The notes beneath the pieces were generated by a model. That model made no database searches. It had not been told where the DNA came from and saw only the letters and a program-made list of their open reading frames with translations. Shown piece by piece: positions 1 through 11,529 of a stretch of 64,000 bases of DNA. The stretch's first letter is position 1, and every line of letters begins with the position of its first letter. The translations under genes and the position numbers were made by a program. Source of the stretch: Octopus sinensis (Eukaryota); contig NC_043003.1 in NCBI RefSeq assembly GCF_006345805.1, positions 97,340,001 through 97,404,000 of the forward strand, in the 5' to 3' direction.

Positions 1-220
1 TCGGTTGTCAAGCGATGTTGGGGAGGAGGGGAAAAACACAGACACACAAACATATATATATATGCATATATATGACGGGCTTCTTTCAGTTTCCATCTAC
101 CAAATCCACTCACAAGGCTGTGGTCGGCCTGAGGCCATAGTAGAAGGCACTTGCCCAAGGTGCCACACAATGGGACTGAACCTGGAACCATGTGGTTGGT
201 AAGCAAGCTACTTACCACAC
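1..220 (-). mobile_element. tRNA-derived SINE family A (internal microsatellite), partial copy
   Basis: Same sequence as complete copies at 2886-3271 and 31529-31920. Confidence 0.85.
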
Positions 221-679
221 AGAGATCTTCAAGGATGTAGTGTCCCAACAGCTAACAACTGATGCAATTAGTTTCTTCCATGCTTCAGCGATTTTGAGCA
301 GGAAAAAATGTTTCCAAAAGTCATGGGTGTTGTATTGTTTTTTTTAATTTTATGAGCATGTCCACAAGTGTTAGACATATGGAATTCAAAAAGGTGCCCA
401 AGCTTGTTGTTGGAAAGATGGTTGATAATATGGTGAATGTCTACCCGGTCAGTTGCTAGAAGTCAGAGCTTTAATGTGTCCGTACCCAAGGAATCAAGGC
501 GTTCAGAGTATGGTAGATGCCTAACAGCAGGTATTCAGCAAGTTGCATGTTTCTGAACAGTTTCCAGGAAACTGATATGCCAAGTAAGATAGGGTTTCCA
601 TACTGGTGATGCAAACTCCAAGTGTGGACGTAAAATTAGCTTTAGAAGATATCTCAATATTTCAGCAACACTATTGATT

Positions 680-905
680 CATCATCATCATCATCATCGT
701 TTAGCATCCGCTTTCCATGCTAGCATGGGTTGGACAGTTTGACCGGGGTCTGGGAAGCCAGAAGGCTGCACCAGGCCCAGTCTGATCTGGCAATGTTTCT
801 ACGGCTGGATGCCCTTCCTAACGCCAACCACTCCATGAGTGTAGTGGGTGCTTTTTACGTGCCACCGGCACAGGTGCCAGACGAGGCTGGGAAACGGCCA
901 CGAGA
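680..905 (-). mobile_element. Short retroposon family D with (ATG)n tail
   Basis: Reverse complement of 1628-1770 and 7760-7980. Ends ccagcatggaaagcgga...(tga)n. Confidence 0.7.
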
Positions 906-1214
906 AAACGTCAGGACATGATACCTACAGCCAGTCAGCAAAGCTTGTAGTTGACAATAGGAAGGCCATCTAGTCAAGTAATCAAAGACATTTATTAAAA
1001 GAGAGCTCAGGTTCTAACACCTCATCACTTTTAACAAGTAATCCAACCAATACCAACCAGCAGAGAATGATTTCATATTTTTCTTCCAGGTTCATCTTAG
1101 GATTTCTAATTAGTGTACAATGGAAGTCAGGTGAAAAAGTTGAATGCTGGTGTAATGGTACTTTTTGTTTGTTCCTTCTTGAGCCACACCTGGCTTATAA
1201 GGTTTCTTTGGTGT

Positions 1215-1450
1215 ATAGGTTCCCCACCTGGACGGGACGCCGGTCCGTTGCAGGTGAGCTGCAAGATGCAGGAGGAAAGAGTGAGAGAAAGTTGTGGCAA
1301 AAGAGTCAGCAGAAGTTCGCCATTACCTTCTGTCGGAGCCGTGTAGAGCTTAGGTGTTTCACTCATAAACACACACATCGCCCAGTCTGAGATTTGAACC
1401 CACGATCCCTCGACTGCGAGTCCACTGCTCTAACCACTAGGCTATGTGCC
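1215..1450 (-). mobile_element. tRNA-derived SINE family C
   Basis: Minus-strand head ggcacatagcctagtggttagagc...gggttcaaatct has A and B boxes. The body matches 63455-63640. Confidence 0.75.
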
Positions 1451-1627
1451 TCCACAATGGTACTTTTTGGCAGATAATAATTCGATATATGCATACTCAT
1501 AGCAGAGATGTAGGTAGATGGGGTCATTAAGCAACAAGGACATGTGATAGAATAATTAATATAGTTGTATACATGAAATAAGGCATTTGTGAGCCACACA
1601 TTATACTAACATGAGAAAAAGGATCAA

Positions 1628-1770
1628 TTGGCATTAAGAAGGGCATCCAGCCGTAGAAACATTGCCAGATCAGACTGGGCCTGGTGCAGCCTTCTGGCTT
1701 CCCAGACCCCAGTTGAACCGCCCAACCCATGCCAGCATGGAAAGCGGACGTTAAATGATGATGATGATGT
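1628..1770 (+). mobile_element. Family D retroposon 3' part, inverted relative to 680-905
   Basis: ttggcattaagaagggcatccagccgtagaaacattgccagatcagactggg...(atg)n. Confidence 0.7.
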
Positions 1771-2885
1771 GGGGCTTATAAGAACTAAACAACAGGCTTG
1801 TAAGGGTTAAACATTTGACCCATCTCTTGCAAACATTCCTGACTTTTTCAAATCTTTATTATCATCTTTCAAAACTGATTAAAATTTCTATGATTTAGTT
1901 CAGAGTTCCCCTTACTCATTCATAGATATGACCATGTGTCCTTGATCTTAATATTTTAGTCGTTCTTTCCTTCATCTCTCACACAGCTACACGACTAGGT
2001 TTCAATTTATTGTTATCAGCCAGTCTGCATAGTTTGCAGGCTCTGCAGCATACGATACATTGACAAAATGGGTTGCTGTTTGTCAGACAAGTTCCGTGAG
2101 AATTAGCTGGACATACATATTAACACTTAAGTGTTCTCAAACCTGTAGCTCAGTCACCCCTCTCTTAGTCTATGATGTTCATCAACGTTCTGGTTCTAAT
2201 TAGAACTGCACACACAAGGAAAAAAAAAATTTAGCTTTAATGAATTATTTTAGTTGTTTGTAGTGTGCTGTGATGTATATACATATATATAGCATGGTTG
2301 TATACACGCAGTGCACAGAGTTGAAATTATTTACATATTTTACTTATCTCCTGTTACAGACTATTATTTAATTCTGATCCCTCACTGACATTTTACTATA
2401 CAATTCACCACTCCTTACAGACATCAATTATCTGCCAACCCTCTCTAACATTTCTTACCCTCTACCTTCTACCTTTGTTTGTTTGCTTGCTTGTAACAAT
2501 TTGCATCCTCTGGTACATTTCCCTTCACAATGCATTTGTAATACTATCTTCCAACTTTACATGACCTGGCCATTATGTTTCACTTGACTTCAGTCTCAGG
2601 AGAAATAAAAAAAAGCAGGTAAATTTATAAGATCTGGAGTAGTGGTGTTCTTGCTGAAATGTTAAAAGCATCAATTTATGTGCTATGTGCTATGCTAATT
2701 ACTTACTCCAGAGAGAATGGAGAGCCTTAAAATTGAATAAGTATCTCATACAAGTTATTGAAGGGGTCTAAATAAAGTTCAAGTTAAGATATCATTTGTG
2801 TTTGTATGAAGAACCAAGGAAGTTATATTTCTGTCTGCCAATAAAGGAATCAGTTATGTGCAATGCATACAGTTGGCTAGAGATA

Positions 2886-3271
2886 CTTTCTTTCTTTCTT
2901 TCTTTTACTTGTTTCAGTCATTTGACTGCGGCCATGCTGGAGCACAGCCTTTAGTTGAGCAAATTGACCCCGGGACTTATTCTTTGTAAGCCTAGTACTT
3001 ATTCTATCGGTCTCTTTTGCCGAACCACTAAGTGACGGGGACGTAAACACACCAGTATCGGTTGTCAAGCAATGCTAGGGGACAAACACAGACACACATA
3101 CATATATACGACAGGTTTCTTTCAGTTTCCGTCTACCAAATCCACTCACAAGGCATTGGTCGGCCTGAGGCTATAGCAGAAGACACTTGCTCAAGATGCC
3201 ACGCAGTGGGACTGAACCCAGACCTATGTTGTTGGTAAGCAAGCTACTTACCACACAGCCACTCCTGCGCC
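2886..3271 (-). mobile_element. SINE family A, full length
   Basis: tRNA-like head ggcgcaggagtggctgtgtgg...gggttcagtccc, CORE-like cttg(a/g)gcaagtg, internal (CA/TA)n, short-repeat tail. Confidence 0.9.
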
Positions 3272-4820
3272 TATGAAATAACATAAATTAATCCAATAAC
3301 AGCTCATTCATTAAATATTGTTGATAGTTTCTGTTACCTAGGTGATCTAAATAAATTAAGGAAACAAGGTGAAGAAGTTTAGGGAATGTTACATGCATTG
3401 ACAACAAATGGTTACTTTTGACATGTATAAAATTGTGTGAATTATGTGCAAAGGCTGTGATGCTGCAGTATGATAGAAAAGTCAGCAGAAATGGATAAAA
3501 ATTAACTAAATGTGGTCAACTGGCTATGTGATGTTAAACCTGGGAAAACAGTTTTATGTAACTTTGTGGCAGATTTGCTTAATCCACACCATCTGGCACT
3601 CTGTAAACTTGCAATTTAACATACAATAATTATTTTCTAATAATAAGAATGGAATATTCTGCAGTGAATACAATGAATATTTAAATTTGTGAATTGGACG
3701 CAGTGAATGGCAATGAATATTTAAATTTGTGAGAAATTGGAGTTACAAAAAAATTCAAGAAACTTGAGAAATCGAAATTATAGAAAATTTCTTAGAACAT
3801 GAATTTCTAAAAATATTTCCAGACAATCAACCCATTAATAATTGCTTTCTTTTAGTAATTGTTACATACCTAATTAATAAGCAGTTTTCTGCATTATAGT
3901 ATAGATAGATATATTTTGTTTGTATATTTGGTTTACAAGATTCTTTATGTGAATTCGTGTGTTGAAGCATATTTTGTTGTCTGAGGAGAGTCATTCTGTA
4001 CTAATGCCTTATTAATTAACACACTCACTGGTTCAATTTCCACTTATTTATGTTTTTTTTTCTCTAAAATTTTCATTGCTTTTTGCAACCTCTTCAATAG
4101 TTGTTGACTCTGTCTGCTATTAGAGCTGCACTTTTTTTGTTTGTTTGTGTGCATGTGTATGTGTCATTGTGCATGTGCACACACACACACATACAGTTGT
4201 TACCAAAATGTAACGGGTGATGATGTTAAAGATGTGAAAGAAGAACAGGGGGCGAATTTGATGTTGACTTCAGATTTTATTTACTGTTACTCTATATATA
4301 GCCATACAACAACAGGCAAGCGTGTATAATATAATCAAGAGTTAATTTTTCCTTGTATAAGTGTGTATAATGTTCATGTCATTGTAGTAACAGGTAAGAG
4401 ATAGACAGAGTGATGTTGCAGAGATGAAAGTGGGCTAGTGAAAGAGAGACGAGAGGGAAGTGAAACATCATAACTGCCAATTGCCATCAGAAACGTTTTC
4501 TCTCTACCTCTGGGTTGCTTTCACCAAATGATTTTACCTTATGGAATTCTAGTAGTTATAACTATGCAGGATAGATAGAAAAAAGATATATTGTTCAGAA
4601 CAATGGGTTGTGCGATGTCAGTCATTCCTTACCTCATTTCAACTTTCCATGGCATGGAAGAGGTTAAGAGTCAAGTGGAAAAGACATCAATTGACTTGGC
4701 AAAGCCATGTGTTGAATGCAACTCATCTCAACTTCCATTTTTCTGTGAGAAAAATGCTGTTGAAATGTTAGGGGAAATTTGCCGATTCAGGTTCGAATCT
4801 ACTCTATGCCCAAATGAAGT

Positions 4821-4867
<47 letters not shown>

Positions 4868-4872
4868 TTAAG

Positions 4873-4936
4873 TATGAAAATGGAGTGATCTAATGGATAA
4901 ATTAACTTGTATCCATTAGATCTCTCCATTTGCATA
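4873..4936. repeat. Hairpin, 27-bp arms, 10-nt loop (copy 1)
   Basis: tatgaaaatggagtgatctaatggata / tatccattagatctctccatttgcata, 2 mismatches. Confidence 0.9.
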
Positions 4937-4957
4937 TAAACATATGTGTATATATAC

Positions 4958-6229
4958 ATTGGGTCATGCCATAAATGATGTGGGGTTTTTTTCAAATCCA
5001 TGAACTAAAAGTCGGAGGGGAATGGGATAAACTACCTGCATCAACTTGCTATAAAAGCAGGTAGTAATTTTACCTTGTGCTTGTTCTTAGTGCAAGTTTT
5101 GAAGAGTGCAGTTCAATTTTAACAGTTATTTTTTCAAAGCTATAATGGAAGTGACAAAGAAACATATATTGGCATATTTTGCTTTATGAGTTCAATAAAG
5201 GCATCAATGCAACAGAAAGTGTGAAGAATATTAAATGCAGTATATGGGGATTGGACAAGTATAAGCCAGTGTCAATGGTGGTTCCAGATATTCTGAGCTG
5301 GAAACTACAGTCTAGAAGACAAGTCTCATCCTGGAAGATCTGTAGAGCTCGACAAAGACATCCTGCAAACCCTGGCGGAACAAAATCCCATCGTAACTGT
5401 TGAGGAATTAGCAGAGAAGCTTGGATTTGGTCATTCAACCATTCATCGACACCTTTGTACCATTGGAAAAATCAACAAATTGGGTCAATGGATTCTAAGT
5501 CTAATTGCATACAGAGAGTGAATGTGTGCTCTTCTTTGCTATCACATCTCACAAATGAACCTTTCTTGGACCGAATAGTGACTGGTTTTGAGAAATGGGT
5601 TCTCTATAAAAATGTCAAGTGCTGAAGACAGTGGGTAGGAAAAGGAGAAACACCAGCACCCCAGGCTAAAGAAGATCTTCACCCATGTAAGGTGTTGTTA
5701 TCTGTTTGGTGGGATATGAAAGGTTTAGTCCACTTTGAACCTTTAAACCCAAACCAAACAATAACAAAAGAGATCAACAGCAAGCAGCTTAAGTCAGTGC
5801 TAAAAGAAAAACAACCATCTTTGGTTTCAAGACGAAAGGTGTTCTTCCATCAGGATAATGCTCAGCCACATTCAGTAAGGAAGACATTTCAAAGGCTGGA
5901 GAAGTTTGAATGGGAAACGATGCCCCACCCACCATATTTGCTGGAAATTGCACCATCTGATTATCATTTATTCTGCAGTCTTCAAAATCATTTCAACAGA
6001 AAAAATATGCGTTCTGTAGACAAGGTTAAAACAGTACTGGAGGAGTATTTTCAGTCACAGACAAGTGAATTTTGGAAGAGGGGCCTTACAAGTCTACCAG
6101 ATAAATGGAAGAGCATTGTAGTAGAAAATGAAGGAGAGTATATTTTAGATTAAAAGTGAAATTTGTTTATCTTAATTTTGAAAACAAAAAAAAGTATAAA
6201 AAACCACATTATTTATGGGATAACCAAAT
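4958..6229 (+). mobile_element. Mariner (DD34D) transposon, degenerate
   Basis: Imperfect ~30-bp TIRs (ttgggtcatgccataaatgatgtgg / ccacattatttatgggataaccaa). Transposase pieces LLYEFNKG, TGFEKW (DEKW mutated), HQDNAQPH and APSDYHLF, with stops and frameshifts. Confidence 0.9.
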
Positions 6230-6240
6230 ATATAATTATT

Positions 6241-6310
6241 AAGTATGAAAACAGAAAGATCTAATGAATAAATCAATTTGTATCCATTAGATCTCTCCGT
6301 TTTCATACTT
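6241..6310. repeat. Hairpin, 30-bp arms, 10-nt loop (copy 2 of 4873-4936)
   Basis: aagtatgaaaacagaaagatctaatgaata / tatccattagatctctccgttttcatactt. Confidence 0.9.
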
Positions 6311-6349
6311 ACTAATATTTGATATTGTATGATATTTTATATAATAACA

Positions 6350-6640
6350 TTGGATGTGCAATGGAACATACATAAAGTATGTGTTGAGAGAAAAATTAGG
6401 TGTATGAGGAATCAGATGTGGTGTGCAAGAAAGAAGACTGGGCTAGTATGGTTATATGATGCATATGGATGAGGACTGCTGCATAAAAAAAATATTGATC
6501 ACTAAATGTGGAGGGAACTTGTGGAAAGGCGAGACTAGGAGACATGGGATGAAATAATGAAGGCAGATCTGAAAATGTTGAGCTTCACAAAGGAGGCAAC
6601 AAAGAACAGTAGTGGGCGATTCACAGTGCTCAAGAAGACC
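6350..6640 (+). mobile_element. RTE-clade LINE ORF2 C-terminal remnant
   Basis: Degenerate translation resembles REKLG..IRCGVQERRL.WYG..M.MDED.CIKK...NVEGTCG.G..R.TWDE, the typical RTE C-terminus. Confidence 0.65.
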
Positions 6641-6891
6641 TATTCATCTTAACAAAAGTGAGGTCCTAAAGGCATTCAGTTCATGTACCCATCAATCCTT
6701 CCAACTCTCATCTTTCTAACACCTTTCTCCCTCCACTTCTAAGGCTCTATTCAACTACTGAAATCATGAGAGAAGAATCTACACACATTTCATCCTCATC
6801 CCCCCCTTCATTCTCAATATCATTCCTTCCTACTTTATTTTCAACCACTAACCACTTTCTGTGCTTTCAGTTATCTCTCCCTCTCCCTTAA

Positions 6892-7111
6892 CCCTTTTGT
6901 TACCAACCAGGCTGAAACTGGCTCTAGCAATGAATACAAATGTCTTGTTTTCAAAAGTTTTGAACTAAAATCTTCCACCAAACCTTAGTCACAATTTATG
7001 TTCCTATCACTAGCTTAACGATAACTAAGTTATTTTATTAAATTCTTTGTTATATTTAAAGTAATTGAAACAAGCACAGAGCATCTCAAAATAAATACAG
7101 TAAAGAAAGGG
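6892..7111. mobile_element. piggyBac-type MITE
   Basis: TTAA|cccttttgttac ... gtaaagaaaggg|TTAA. Confidence 0.75.
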
Positions 7112-7759
7112 TTAAGCTACTTCACAGGATCCCAAGTTCAACACTGTTTTATCTGCTACCTGTCACGTTTGCCATTGACAGCTTCACCTTCACTGTTGTC
7201 CCCCACTTGCTATAGACACCCCGATGTACCACTGGCAACCATTTCTGTCACCACACATCTCTCTCCCACTACTTCCCCACCCCACACATCATCTCTTTTT
7301 TTTCATCTATCCTCCAGGTTTATTATAATGGTGTGCTCCACTCTTCCTGTACTGTTCCACATAATTTTCTCTGTTTCACCTTTCACTTGACATTCACCAA
7401 CACCTCCATCTTGTTCCATTAACTGCATGCACTGCTACATCCATCTCTAACCATCTGTCACTCTCCACTCACACTTTATTCTGAACTTATCTACCACCTT
7501 TTCTAATCCTTTGCTTGTATTTTTTCTTATACTCACCTTCTTGCAACTTGAGAGTATGCTAACATTTCATCACTATTATCAATATCTTCTTTCCAGTGCC
7601 CACAACCCACCCTTATATAATGCAGTAGAGTGATGTATCTCTTCTATAGCAAGACCCATGTGCCTGTCCTTCTCTTATATTTTTGCCCCTCAAGACCTGG
7701 CATAAAGCCACTTCCTTGAATACTTACAACCACACTCAGTTGTCTTTTTTTTCAGTCAT

Positions 7760-7980
7760 GCAAGTTACCTCATGACCTCACAAGTGCCAATGTCACGAAA
7801 AGGCACCCAGTACATGCTGTAAAGTGATTGGCATTAGGAAGGGCATCTGCCATAGAAACCATGCCGAAAAAGATATTGGAGTTAAATGCAGTCCTCCAGC
7901 TCATGGAATCCTGTCAAGCTATTTAACCTATACCAGCATGGAGGACATTAAATGATGGTAATGATGATGATGATGATGAT
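7760..7980 (+). mobile_element. Family D retroposon, diverged
   Basis: ttggcattaggaagggcatc...ccagcatggagg...(gat)n. Confidence 0.65.
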
Positions 7981-8143
7981 GTATGTGTGTGTATACATAT
8001 ATACAATGTACAAGTATGGGTGTGAATGTTCACATTCCATGAACTTTGCAAGAAAAAAGCCATCAGCAATAAGCACTGAAGATTTTCGTTATTTGCCTGT
8101 GAAAAACTTGTTTGCTAGCATTCCACTTTTGAAAATATGTGGA

Positions 8144-8184
8144 ACTAGCACTATGACCCGGCAACGCTGGGTCATAGTGCTAGT
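8144..8184. mobile_element. 41-bp palindrome built from a Helitron 3' terminus
   Basis: actagcactatgacccgg-caacg-ctgggtcatagtgctagt, with CTAG at both ends. Second copy at 36637-36678. Confidence 0.65.
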
Positions 8185-8739
8185 GCATGCATATACAGCT
8201 GCGTGCATGCACACATACACATGAGTACTGTCCAAATCTCCAACCAATCACATACAGCTAGCTGGCATTCAATTGGCATATCAAGTTTCGGGCATTTTGA
8301 TTGGGTTTTGGATAGAAAATTCACAAAAAAGTCACTTCTATTGATTTTTTAATGGCTTTGCGGGGTGACTGGGGAAATGTAAAGACGTGCACGACCACCC
8401 TTGGACGGTTTTGAATGACCATAGAAAGTGCGAGCTCTCTAACTGAAAAACTGTGGATTTGTATAAAGGACACACACACAAACATTTTGCCGTTTATATG
8501 TATAGAGATAACTGATCCCAAACTTGAAAAATGGTAAAGATAAGTGAGTGATAGGAAGGGCATCCAGATGTAAAACAATTCTTCAATTATATATATATTC
8601 ATCTAAGCCATGCAAGCATAGAAAATCGGGAATCAAAAATGAATAAACAATATATATATTTATAGAGCAATAAATCTATTTTCCAACAATGTTTTACAAC
8701 AAAATATCTCAATATAAAAACTAACCATGATAACTTATT

Positions 8740-11076
8740 TTATGACACAGCATCAAAAGTACTTTCATTTGGACATGGTTTGATCACTGTATGTACAACT
8801 TTATGCTTAGCCAACTGGCTGGAATGAGAAAATGTTTCAGTACAAATATTACACTGATATGGTTTTTCTCCTGTGTGAATACGAATGTGCTTTGATAAAT
8901 TTCCGCTTAGAGAGAAAGACCTACCACAAATATCACACTGATATGGTCTGTCTCCGGTATGAATATGAATATGATTAGATAAATGACTACTACACGAAAA
9001 TGTTTTGCCACAAACATCGCAATGGTATGGCTTTTCACCTGTATGAATGCGCTGGTGACGTGATAAATCACTGCTTCCAGAAAAGGCTTTATCACAGATA
9101 TCGCAGTGGTATGGCTTTTCGCCAGTGTGGATGCGAATATGTTTAGATAAATGACTGCTACAAGAAAATGTCCTACTGCAAATATCACAATGGTATGGTC
9201 TTTCACCTGTATGAATACGTTGGTGGCGAGACAAACTGCTACTTCCAGAAAATGTTTTGCCACAGGTTTCACAGTTGTAGGGTTTCTCCCCAGTGTGAAT
9301 GTATTTGTGGATCGATAAATTATTACGTTGAGAAAATGCTTTACCACAGATATCACAAAAGTATGGCTTCAGATCTGTATGAGTACGTTTGTGCTTAGAT
9401 AAACTACTACAACAAGAAAAGGTTTTACAACAGGTTTGACAACTATATGGTTTCGCATCTCTGTTATTACATTTGTGACTCAAAAAATGACCGTTATTAG
9501 AAAATGTTTTACCACAGTCATTACATTGATATGGTTTCTCTCTAAAGTGAATACGCTTATGGCTAGATAAAATACTACTGCGAGACACTGCTTTACCACA
9601 GATATCACAGCGATATGGTTTCTCTCCCGTGTGAACACGTTTGTGGCGTGATAAATCACTGTTACCGGAAAACGTTTTACCACAAATATCACAGTGATAT
9701 GGTTTTTCTCCTGTGTGAATACGAATGTGCTTTGATAAATTTCCGCTTAGAGAGAAAGACCTACCACAAATATCACACTGATATGGTCTGTCTCCGGTAT
9801 GAATATGAATATGATTAGATAAATGACTACTACACGAAAATGTTTTGCCACAAACATCGCAATGGTATGGCTTTTCACCTGTATGAATGCGCTGGTGACG
9901 TGATAAATCACTGCTTCCAGAAAAGGCTTTATCACAGATATCGCAGTGGTATGGCTTTTCGCCAGTGTGGATGCGAATATGTTTAGATAAATGACTGCTA
10001 CAAGAAAATGTCCTACTGCAAATATCACAATGGTATGGTCTTTCACCTGTATGAATACGTTGGTGGCGAGACAAACTGCTACTTCCAGAAAATGTTTTGC
10101 CACAGGTTTCACAGTTGTAGGGTTTCTCCCCAGTGTGAATGTATTTGTGGATCGATAAATTATTACGTTGAGAAAATGCTTTACCACAGATATCACAAAA
10201 GTATGGCTTCAGATCTGTATGAGTACGTTTGTGCTTAGATAAACTACTACAACAAGAAAAGGTTTTACAACAGGTTTGACAACTATATGGTTTCGCATCT
10301 CTGTTATTACATTTGTGACTCAAAAAATGACCGTTATTAGAAAATGTTTTACCACAGTCATTACATTGATATGGTTTCTCTCTAAAGTGAATACGCTTAT
10401 GGCTAGATAAAATACTACTGCGAGACACTGCTTTACCACAGATATCACAGCGATATGGTTTCTCTCCCGTGTGAACACGTTTGTGGCGTGATAAATCACT
10501 GTTACCGGAAAACGTTTTACCACAAATATCACAGTGATATGGTTTCTCCCCTGCATGAATACGTAGGTGAGTTGATAAATAACCACTCTGAGAGAAAGAT
10601 TTACCACATATATCGCAGTGATATGGTCTCTCTCCTGTATGAACACGCTTGTGACAAGTTAAATCGCTATTTACAGAAAAGGATTTACCACAGACTTCAC
10701 ACTTGTACGGCTTTTCTCCAGTATGTATTCGTTTATGATTTGACAAATGTCCGCTCTGAGCGAAAGCTTTACCACAAATATCACAGTGGTATGGTCTTTC
10801 ACCCGTGTGAATACGTCGGTGATAAGATAAAGATCTATTTGTAGTAAAGTTTTTGTCACAAATTTCACAATGATAACGTTTTGAACTTCTGTGCATTACT
10901 TTATGTTGAATTAAATGATTTCTTGCTTTGAAAGATTTTCCACAAACACTACAAGGATATAATTTATTCTCTGTATCTTCCTGTTTCTGGTGAGCAGCAC
11001 CATTATTTTCATCTTCAACTTGATTCTCAAACAGCTTTTCCTCCATAGTATCTTGTAAAAGTACAGCTGTTTCCAT
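8740..11076 (-). CDS. C2H2 (Kruppel-type) zinc-finger protein, 778 aa, 26 fingers, no KRAB/SCAN/BTB domain visible
   Basis: Uninterrupted ORF. After a 39-aa acidic N-terminus come CxxC-x12-HxxxH units with TGEKPY-type linkers every 28 aa from residue 40 to about 762. Fingers 8 and 18 lack the last His. Confidence 0.95.
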   Translation of the reverse strand: METAVLLQDTMEEKLFENQVEDENNGAAHQKQEDTENKLYPCSVCGKSFKARNHLIQHKVMHRSSKRYHCEICDKNFTTNRSLSYHRRIHTGERPYHCDICGKAFAQSGHLSNHKRIHTGEKPYKCEVCGKSFSVNSDLTCHKRVHTGERPYHCDICGKSFSQSGYLSTHLRIHAGEKPYHCDICGKTFSGNSDLSRHKRVHTGEKPYRCDICGKAVSRSSILSSHKRIHFREKPYQCNDCGKTFSNNGHFLSHKCNNRDAKPYSCQTCCKTFSCCSSLSKHKRTHTDLKPYFCDICGKAFSQRNNLSIHKYIHTGEKPYNCETCGKTFSGSSSLSRHQRIHTGERPYHCDICSRTFSCSSHLSKHIRIHTGEKPYHCDICDKAFSGSSDLSRHQRIHTGEKPYHCDVCGKTFSCSSHLSNHIHIHTGDRPYQCDICGRSFSLSGNLSKHIRIHTGEKPYHCDICGKTFSGNSDLSRHKRVHTGEKPYRCDICGKAVSRSSILSSHKRIHFREKPYQCNDCGKTFSNNGHFLSHKCNNRDAKPYSCQTCCKTFSCCSSLSKHKRTHTDLKPYFCDICGKAFSQRNNLSIHKYIHTGEKPYNCETCGKTFSGSSSLSRHQRIHTGERPYHCDICSRTFSCSSHLSKHIRIHTGEKPYHCDICDKAFSGSSDLSRHQRIHTGEKPYHCDVCGKTFSCSSHLSNHIHIHTGDRPYQCDICGRSFSLSGNLSKHIRIHTGEKPYQCNICTETFSHSSQLAKHKVVHTVIKPCPNESTFDAVS
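8855..10545 (-). repeat. Exact 840-bp (10-finger) tandem duplication inside the ZNF CDS
   Basis: 8855-9705 is identical base for base to 9695-10545 (offset 840 = 10 x 84 nt). Confidence 0.95.
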
Positions 11077-11428
11077 GATTTTATATAATTTATAGGAACT
11101 ATTTCTTTATTTGTTATAAAGATTTTCCTCAACAGTCAAAGTCTGACAATATTTCAGATATAAAGATAACATTTCCAAGAGTTAATCTTGCTTCAGTTCT
11201 CAAAAAATATCCAGTTAGAAGAAACATTACACATTAGTGTATCATAATAGTTTCCTGCTGTAATTTTTACACATAATTACCCAGTAAAAATACTTCCATC
11301 TGTTCAAATTTTTGTATTTAATCTCAATTCAGAGGAATTGCTCTTGATAATGTCATTCTTCATTCTTTGAAATCTTACAGCTTCATATGTTGTGGGTGAT
11401 AAATTCTCATCGCAAAGTCATCAGATTC

Positions 11429-11450
11429 CCTGCAACAGATATGTGAAAAT
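11429..11450 (-). promoter_or_regulatory. Candidate splice acceptor for the ZNF coding exon
   Basis: Minus strand reads ttttcacatatctgttgcag|G about 350 nt upstream of the ATG. Motif only. Confidence 0.35.
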
Positions 11451-11529
11451 TCAAGTTTTAATACTAAAGTTACTTAAGAGAAAGGACTTGTTCTAAGCAA
11501 TTGAAAGTTAAGATGACAAGAAGAGAGTG

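Noticed and set aside
8907-10868. Overlapping alternative-frame and antisense ORFs in the ZNF region
   Set aside because: Shadows of the repetitive finger codons. They repeat at the 840-bp period and have no independent protein features.
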